Of a DNA stretch of 64,000 nucleotides, positions 56,042-64,000 are shown piece by piece. The first letter of the stretch is position 1; every line of letters starts with the position of its first letter. The stretch is taken from NCBI GenBank assembly GCA_963780535.1, contig CAWACS010000025.1, positions 2,396-66,395 of the forward strand. The letters run 5' to 3'. The notes under the pieces were generated by a model that had not been told where the DNA came from, ran no database searches, and was given only the letters and a program-made list of their open reading frames with translations. The position numbers and the translations under genes were made by a program. Source of the DNA: an uncultured Verrucomicrobiae bacterium. GTDB lineage: Bacteria; Verrucomicrobiota; Verrucomicrobiia; Limisphaerales; UBA11358.

Positions 56042-57609
56042 AGATTTTCAAATCCATCAAGTGGCGGTTGCAGCTCTGGTACGGGCTCATTCTGGTACTG
56101 GTACTGGCTGGCTTCGGTTTCACGGCCTATCAACTCGAGTGGGGACGGCAGATGCGCCAAATTGATGAAGAATTACAACACCGTTTTGGTGTCATAGCCA
56201 ATGCCCTTCGTCCGCCGCCCCGAGGACCGGATTTCGGTGGGCACCCTTTCGGGTCTCCGCCGCCAGACCAATACCCGGATGAGGCGCCCCCCCCGCACCA
56301 TGCGGGACCGCCGGTCGAATTCCATCTGCCGCCGTTATCCACCCATCTGTTTGATACAAATGATTCAACTGGGTTTTATTTTGTTATCGAGTCAAGAGAC
56401 GGCAGGGAAATCGCACGGGGTGGCAATGTGCCAAAATCTGCCAGTGCAAGACTCACCAGGGTTTACAAATCGTTTCAGAAAGCGGGTTTCATATCACCGG
56501 AACCGGCTACAAACCCTCCTGCACCGCCACCGGCTATAACATTAACTGAAGTTGTAATCATGACCCACTCGGCTGCCAATCCTCTCAACCCACCACCGGG
56601 ACAAACGTCTTTGGATTTTCGGGAAATTGTTCAAATCTTGCCGTCGGGGGACAGTATTTTGGTCGGCTGTCCCATCTCACCGCAATTGACAGAACTTCAC
56701 CACACGGCCTTCAAACTCGCTGCCGTTGGCGCTGGCATTCTCCTGCTGGGTCTCGCCGGCGGCGGGTGGCTGGTCGGGCGTGCGCTCCGGCCCATTGATG
56801 GCATCAGCGCCGCCGCCGTGAAAATTTCCGCCGGCGATTTATCACAGCGCATCAACGTGGCTGAGACCGAAAGCGAACTGGGCAAACTGGCCGCGGTCTT
56901 GAATTCCACCTTCGCCCGGCTCGAGGCCGCCTTCGCGCAGCAACAGCAATTCACCGCCGACGCCGCCCACGAACTGCGCACGCCCGTTTCTGTGATGCTC
57001 ACGCAAACGCAGACCGCCTTGACCCGCGAGCGCACCGCCGCCGAATACCGGGAAACGATCGAGGCCTGCCAGCGGGCGTCCCAGCGGATGCGCCGGTTGA
57101 TGGAATCGCTGCTGGAACTGGCGCGGCTGGACGCAGGCCAGGAATCCCTGAAGCGGGTGCGCTTTGATTTTTCAAAAACGGTTGCTGATGCCGTTGAATT
57201 GGTCCGTCCGCTGGCCGAAGAACGCGGCGTGAAGATTCTCCCCGAGCTGGGGTCGCTGGAAATCACCGGTGATTCCGAGCGGCTGGCACAGGTCATCGCC
57301 AACCTGCTGGCCAACGCCATCCAGTACAACCCATCCGGCGGCGAAGTGCGCTTGAAATTGGAATCACAACCCGGACTGGCGGTGCTGACCGTTGCCGATA
57401 CGGGACCGGGAATTTCCAACGAAGATTTGCCCCACGTGTTTGAACGATTCTATCGCGGAGACAAATCGCGTACCGCCTCTCATGGCAACGCCGGGCTGGG
57501 GCTGGCTATTTCAGAGGCCATTGTCGAAGCTCACAGCGGCACGATTGAAGTGGCCAGCCAAACCGGGACGGGAACGACTTTTACCGTGCGGTTGCCGGCG
57601 GGAGTTTGA
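56038..57609 (+). CDS. sensor histidine kinase (HAMP-HisKA-HATPase) with Pro-rich periplasmic domain
   Basis: ATGA overlap with the response regulator gene. H-box FTADAAHELRTPVS. N/G boxes NLLANAIQY, DTGPGI, GLGLAI. Confidence 0.85.
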   Translation: MKIFKSIKWRLQLWYGLILVLVLAGFGFTAYQLEWGRQMRQIDEELQHRFGVIANALRPPPRGPDFGGHPFGSPPPDQYPDEAPPPHHAGPPVEFHLPPLSTHLFDTNDSTGFYFVIESRDGREIARGGNVPKSASARLTRVYKSFQKAGFISPEPATNPPAPPPAITLTEVVIMTHSAANPLNPPPGQTSLDFREIVQILPSGDSILVGCPISPQLTELHHTAFKLAAVGAGILLLGLAGGGWLVGRALRPIDGISAAAVKISAGDLSQRINVAETESELGKLAAVLNSTFARLEAAFAQQQQFTADAAHELRTPVSVMLTQTQTALTRERTAAEYRETIEACQRASQRMRRLMESLLELARLDAGQESLKRVRFDFSKTVADAVELVRPLAEERGVKILPELGSLEITGDSERLAQVIANLLANAIQYNPSGGEVRLKLESQPGLAVLTVADTGPGISNEDLPHVFERFYRGDKSRTASHGNAGLGLAISEAIVEAHSGTIEVASQTGTGTTFTVRLPAGV

Positions 57610-57615
57610 CTCAAG

Positions 57616-57695
57616 GTAGGGCGGCGCTGCTGCGCCGCCTGATTTTCCGCAGTCTCTGGAGGTAAGATTGCGGCAGAGCGGCAGCTCTGCCCTAC
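57616..57695. repeat. GTAG-type double-hairpin element between convergent genes
   Basis: GTAGGGCGGCGCTGCTGCGCCGCC ... GGCAGAGCGGCAGCTCTGCCCTAC. Each arm is its own hairpin, but the two arms are not complementary to each other. Confidence 0.65.
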
Positions 57696-57703
57696 CTGAA
57701 AAT

Positions 57704-58879
57704 TCAACGCAGGAACAGTTCCGCTGCAGCATCGGCGAAGCGCAGTCCCTGCCGCGTGAGATGAAAGCCTTCCGGCGAAATGTCCGCCCAACCGCGACCG
57801 GCCAGTTGGTTCATGTCCGCCGCCCATTCCCGGCGCAAATTGAAGCCGGTCGTGCGCTGGAATTCCGCAAACGGCCAGCCGGCCACCAGGCGCAAACCGA
57901 ACGCGGCAGTTTCGCCGGCGCGTTTGAGCGGCGGCAGTTCCTCGCGGGATTCGATGGCGCGTTTTCCTTTTTCCAACTGCTCGCAGTAAAGCTGCGTGTT
58001 CGCCCAGTTTTTCGTCCGCACACCGCGCACATACCCGGTCGCGCTCGGCCCCAGCCCGTAAAATGAACCGCCTCGCCAGTAGTTGACGTTGTGCCGGCAG
58101 GCGAAATCGGGGAGTTCGGAGTTCGGAGTTCGGAGTTCGGAGCGATGGCGCGCAAAATTGGCAATTTCGTACTGATGAAAACCGGCGGCGGTCGCACGCT
58201 CGATCATTTCCTCATACATCGCACAGGCCAGGTCCTCATCCACGTCGAATTCGCCGGCCTGCAGTTGCGCAAACAGCGGGGTGTCGTCCTCGTAAATGAC
58301 TTCGTAACTGGACAGGTGTTCGCTGCCCAGGGCCAGGACCTCGTCCAGGGTGGCCCGCCAGACCTCCAGCGTCTGGCCGGGAATTGCAAACATCAGGTCG
58401 AGGTTCAGGTTGTCGAAACCGGCCTGGCGGAGAAGGTCGAATGATTTGAAGACCATCGCGCGCGAATGAATCCGGCCCAACCGGTCGAGCAAGGCCTCGT
58501 TGAGTGACTGGACGCCCATGGAAACGCGGTTGACGCCAAAATCACGAAACAATTTTGCCTTGTCAGCCGAGACGGTGGCGGGGTTGCATTCGACGGTGAA
58601 CTCCTCCGCGCCGAGCAGGTTCAAGCGTTCCATGGCCTGGAGGATTTGTTGCCACTGGCGGAGGTTGAGCAGTGACGGCGTGCCGCCACCGAAGAAAATC
58701 GTTTTGGGCCTGAGATCGTCCGCGACGATTTCCATTTCACGGATCAAAGCGGCAACGTAACGGTTGATGAGTTCGCCGCTGGACGGTTCGGAGTAAAATG
58801 CGCAATACGCGCATTTTTGCGCGCAAAACGGCACATGAAAATAAAGACCGGCAATTCGCGTTTCCTTTGAATCCGCCAT
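57704..58879 (-). CDS. hemW: radical SAM heme chaperone HemW (coproporphyrinogen III oxidase-like)
   Basis: LYFHVPFCAQKCAYCAF (CxxxCxxC), GVNRVSMGVQS, YEIANFA...CRHNVNYW. Confidence 0.85.
   Translation of the reverse strand: MADSKETRIAGLYFHVPFCAQKCAYCAFYSEPSSGELINRYVAALIREMEIVADDLRPKTIFFGGGTPSLLNLRQWQQILQAMERLNLLGAEEFTVECNPATVSADKAKLFRDFGVNRVSMGVQSLNEALLDRLGRIHSRAMVFKSFDLLRQAGFDNLNLDLMFAIPGQTLEVWRATLDEVLALGSEHLSSYEVIYEDDTPLFAQLQAGEFDVDEDLACAMYEEMIERATAAGFHQYEIANFARHRSELRTPNSELPDFACRHNVNYWRGGSFYGLGPSATGYVRGVRTKNWANTQLYCEQLEKGKRAIESREELPPLKRAGETAAFGLRLVAGWPFAEFQRTTGFNLRREWAADMNQLAGRGWADISPEGFHLTRQGLRFADAAAELFLR
58111..58143. repeat. 33-nt heptamer array (GGAGTTC x4.7) in frame in hemW
   Basis: Four full units plus a 5-nt partial unit, read directly. 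Translated on the minus strand as SELRTPNSELP. Confidence 0.85.
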
Positions 58880-58969
58880 GAAGACAGTTTACCCCCTTCC
58901 AACCACCGCTGGCGAATCTAAATCCCCGGGGCCGCTCAATTTTAAATTCCGACAACGGCAGTATCGTAG

Positions 58970-59179
58970 TTACTGCTGGTGCACGCGCTGAACGTTTTGG
59001 GCTTTCAACCCTTTGTCACTGACGACGACATCAAACAAGACATCATCTCCCTCGTTTAGCGTTTTGAATCCCGTGCCCACAATGGACGAATGGTGAACAA
59101 ACACGTCCTGCCCGGAACTTTGGGCGATAAACCCAAACCCTTTTTTATTATCGAACCACTTGACTTTGCCACTGGCCAT
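58970..59179 (-). CDS. cspA: cold-shock protein (CspA family)
   Basis: MASGKVKWFDNKKGFGFIAQSSGQDVFVHHSSI. GGAGAG sits upstream of the ATG at 59179. Confidence 0.9.
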   Translation of the reverse strand: MASGKVKWFDNKKGFGFIAQSSGQDVFVHHSSIVGTGFKTLNEGDDVLFDVVVSDKGLKAQNVQRVHQQ

Positions 59180-59354
59180 AATCTCTCCTGACTTCCGAGG
59201 CACTTTGAAGCGAAAAAGACACGACTGAAACCAGCCGTGCCTACAGTCACTAGTCAAATCCACTCATGCCTGTTTGCGTGACAATAGGAAGTTATTGCCC
59301 CGGCGTCAAGCACAAGTTTTTAACACGATTTTAACATTTGCCACCCCGGCCGGT

Positions 59355-59726
59355 TCACTCCAACTGCAATGCCTGATCGAGCAGCTGGGGGAGGTAATTG
59401 ATGATGGCCGCTTCACTGACCGCCAGCGTGGCCCCGGCCTTTTGCGCCGCCGCCTGCCATTCCGCCGCCGGTTCGCCCGCAAAAGCAATAACGGGGATGT
59501 GCCGGGTGGCGGCATCCGCCTTCAATGCAGCAATGACGCGGCAAACCTCCTCGCGGCCGGCCAGGTCCGCGATCACCAGCAGCGGGGTGGTGCTGCGCGC
59601 GCATTGAAGCAGCGACGCCAGGTCATTGACCGCCTGGACGCGATAGTTCAAGTCCTGCAGCCGGTTTACCAACTGGCTGCCAGGCATCAACTTCTCGTAA
59701 AAAACGAGCGCGAGCGGCTGCGTCAT
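59355..59726 (-). CDS. receiver-domain-like protein (atypical)
   Basis: (beta-alpha)5-like pattern LALVFYE...LLVIADLAG...IPVIAFAG...ATLAVSE. The acidic pair and the conserved Thr/Lys are not evident. The start is uncertain (59726, 59744 or 59780). Confidence 0.45.
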   Translation of the reverse strand: MTQPLALVFYEKLMPGSQLVNRLQDLNYRVQAVNDLASLLQCARSTTPLLVIADLAGREEVCRVIAALKADAATRHIPVIAFAGEPAAEWQAAAQKAGATLAVSEAAIINYLPQLLDQALQLE

Positions 59727-59789
59727 GCGGTCAACGTGCGCCATGGCCGGATAAATAGCAAAGTTGTTTTGGCGCGGCAACCCTGTCGC

Positions 59790-61274
59790 TCACGGTAAAT
59801 CGGTTTGTCCCATCAAGTAGCGGTCACACTCGCGCGCCGCCCCACGGCCTTCATTGAACGCCCACACCACCAGGCTTTGGCCGCGGCGGCAATCACCGGC
59901 GGCAAACACTCCTTTGACATTCGTGGTGTATTTCTCAAATTCGGCCTTGGCGTTGCTGCGCGCATCACATTCAATCCCAAGCGCTTGTAATAACGGCTGT
60001 TCCGGGCCCAGAAAGCCCATCGCCAGCAGGACCAGTTGCGCCGGCAAAAGCCTTTCCGTGCCGGGCACGTTTTTCGGCACAAACTGGCCCTTCTCGTTCC
60101 GTTCCCATTGCACCTGCACGGTGTGAACGGCTTTGACGTGGCCGCTGGCATCGCCCTCAAACTTCGCTGCCGTGGTGAGGTAAACACGCGGGTCGGCGCC
60201 GAATTTCGCCGCCGCTTCCTCCTGACCATAATCCAGCCGGTAAACCTTCGGCCATTCCGGCCAGGGATTGTCTTTGGCACGGTCCCCCGGCGGTTTGGGC
60301 AAGATCTCGATCTGGACCAGGCTGTTGCAACTGTGACGCACCGCCGTGCCCACACAGTCCGTTCCCGTATCGCCACCGCCAATGACAATGACGTCCTTGC
60401 CCGTCGCGGAAATGAAGCTGCCATTTTTCCGGCCATCCAGAAGGCTCCTGGTGTTCGCGGTGAGAAAATCCATGGCAAAATGAACACCCTTGAGCTGGCG
60501 GCCTTCGACCGGCAAATCGCGCGGTTTGGTCGCGCCGGTCGCCAGAATCGCGGCGTCAAATTCCTTCAACAACTTTTCCGCCGGATAATTCGCCCCGACC
60601 TCGGTATTGCAAACAAATATGACGCCCTCGGCCTCCAGCTGTTTGATGCGGCGCAGGACGACCTGTTCCTTGTCAAGTTTCATGTTCGGAATGCCATACA
60701 TGAGCAGGCCGCCGGGGCGGTCGGCGCGTTCAAAAATGGTGACGAGATGGCCGGCCTGGTTGAGTTGCGCCGCGGCACACAGCCCCGCCGGGCCGGAACC
60801 GATGACCGCGACTTTCTTGCCGGTACGAACCTTGGGCGGTTCCGCCACGATCCAGCCATTTTCCCAGCCGTGATCGGCGATGGTACATTCGATATTTTTG
60901 ATCGTGACCGGCGGGTTGTTGATGCCCAGCACGCAGGAACCTTCGCAGGGGGCCGGACAGACGCGCCCGGTGAAATCGGGGAAGTTGTTGGTCTTGTGCA
61001 GGCGTTCGAGCGCTTCCTTCCACAGACCGCGATAGACCAGGTCGTTCCATTCGGGAATCAGATTGTGAATGGGGCAGCCGGTCGCCATGCCGCCGAGCAG
61101 CGAACCGGTGTGGCAGAAGGGGATGCCGCAATCCATGCAGCGCGCGCCCTGTTCGCGCAGCTTTTTCTCCTCCATGTGGAAGTGAAATTCCTTCCAATCC
61201 GCGACACGTTCGACCGGCGGACGGTCCGCCGGCAGTTCGCGCAGATACTCGATGAATCCTGTAGGTTTGCCCAA
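59790..61274 (-). CDS. gltD: glutamate synthase small (beta) subunit
   Basis: [10 protein letters not shown], Cys clusters CMDCGIPFC and [17 protein letters not shown] motifs [11 protein letters not shown] and [16 protein letters not shown] start. Confidence 0.9.
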   Translation of the reverse strand: MGKPTGFIEYLRELPADRPPVERVADWKEFHFHMEEKKLREQGARCMDCGIPFCHTGSLLGGMATGCPIHNLIPEWNDLVYRGLWKEALERLHKTNNFPDFTGRVCPAPCEGSCVLGINNPPVTIKNIECTIADHGWENGWIVAEPPKVRTGKKVAVIGSGPAGLCAAAQLNQAGHLVTIFERADRPGGLLMYGIPNMKLDKEQVVLRRIKQLEAEGVIFVCNTEVGANYPAEKLLKEFDAAILATGATKPRDLPVEGRQLKGVHFAMDFLTANTRSLLDGRKNGSFISATGKDVIVIGGGDTGTDCVGTAVRHSCNSLVQIEILPKPPGDRAKDNPWPEWPKVYRLDYGQEEAAAKFGADPRVYLTTAAKFEGDASGHVKAVHTVQVQWERNEKGQFVPKNVPGTERLLPAQLVLLAMGFLGPEQPLLQALGIECDARSNAKAEFEKYTTNVKGVFAAGDCRRGQSLVVWAFNEGRGAARECDRYLMGQTDLP

Positions 61275-61275
61275 G

Positions 61276-61741
61276 TTATGCTCCTATCAAATTAATTTCG
61301 TTCAGGTTGTCCGCAGATTGCGCCGATTCACGCAGATTAAACACAATCCGTTTATATTCCAAACTCGGCGCGCCGAAGTTAAACAGCAATCCACGATGCA
61401 GGTGGACGGCCTTCAATTCGTTGATTAACTGCGCCTCGTCAGCGCCCGTCAATTGATTAATGGCTTTGAGTTCAATCACGATTTCCCCGAAACAAACGAA
61501 ATCTGCCCGGTAGCCGCACTGTAATCGTTGACCTTTATATTCAACTGGCACAGCGACTTCCCGTTCGAACGGGATGTTACGCTTCGTCATTTCGATTGCC
61601 AACGCCTCTTGATAAACGACTTCAAGAAATCCATGGCCCAAGTGACGATGTACTTCCATCGCCGCACCAATGATCCCGTAGGTTTGCGGGTCTTTGTTCA
61701 CTTCAGATAAATCTGCGTCATCTGCGCAATCTGCGGATTGA

Positions 61742-61764
<23 letters not shown>
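61276..61764 (-). CDS. GxxExxY protein (PD-(D/E)XK superfamily)
   Basis: [29 protein letters not shown]...[17 protein letters not shown]. Lies between gltB and gltD. The start is uncertain (TTG 61764 overlaps the gltB end; GTG 61701 is possible). Confidence 0.8.
61311..61338. repeat. CGCAGATT short-unit repeat at the 3' end of the GxxExxY gene
   Basis: ccgcagattgcgccgattcacgcagatt, the inverted orientation of the array at 61711-61737. Confidence 0.65.
61711..61737. repeat. 9-nt periodic ATCTGCG repeat at the 5' end of the GxxExxY gene
   Basis: atctgcgtc atctgcgca atctgcgga, read directly. Confidence 0.7.

Positions 61765-64000
<2,236 letters not shown>

Noticed and set aside
3844-57695. The recurring hairpin repeats as a CRISPR array
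   Set aside because: The copies are dispersed over tens of kb with irregular spacing. Many lie inside genes, and no cas genes are present.
60036-61295. 419-aa plus-strand ORF; likewise 6965..7819, 28010..29077, 33995..35161, 13030..13878 and 62633..63550
   Set aside because: All are antisense to genes with clear family signatures (gltD, LOG, pabC, M48, mlaE, gltB). All have Arg/Ala/Gly-dominated composition.

Overview
About 57 protein-coding genes in a high-GC bacterial chromosomal segment. Sample 60-nt lines counted by hand give about 67% G+C in core genes. The gene content and repeat style look like a Verrucomicrobiota/PVC-type genome, but that is inference only. Most genes are housekeeping: cca, rpsU, a mlaEFD-like operon, der, an otsA-otsB fusion plus trehalase, class II RNR nrdJ, pabB/pabC, pheS/pheT, rplT/rpmI, skp, bamA, dnaB, hemW, csp, gltB/gltD, and several two-component systems. 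No rRNA, tRNA or CRISPR array was recognised by eye.

Accessory content:
- A 1377-bp IS with 25-bp inverted repeats and a 9-bp target duplication, just upstream of the mla operon.
- A low-GC (about 43%) type II restriction-modification (R-M) cassette wedged between pheS and pheT, with a decayed copy of the pheT 5' end beside it.
- A DUF559 gene and a GxxExxY gene, each bracketed by its own inverted repeats.

The most unusual signal is not a gene cluster. It is a set of small palindromic and short-period repeat elements:
- About 70-bp double-hairpin elements inserted in frame in pheT (twice), pheS and cca.
- 33-nt heptamer arrays in frame in hemW and pheT.
- A heptamer-stem hairpin inside der.
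- Related elements in intergenic DNA that sometimes supply the stop codon of the neighbouring gene.

Other oddities:
- A MlaF-like ATPase in which every catalytic motif except Walker A is substituted.
- A 76-bp diverged tandem duplication inside an epimerase gene. Its out-of-frame copy carries mostly synonymous differences.
- Five frame disruptions: bamA (two), a large SBBP/Ig protein, a sugar-phosphate isomerase and the IS transposase. All need the same +1 correction, which may indicate sequencing error.

I found no convincing multi-gene novel defence system beyond the R-M cassette. All coordinates were indexed by hand and may be off by 1-2 nt.
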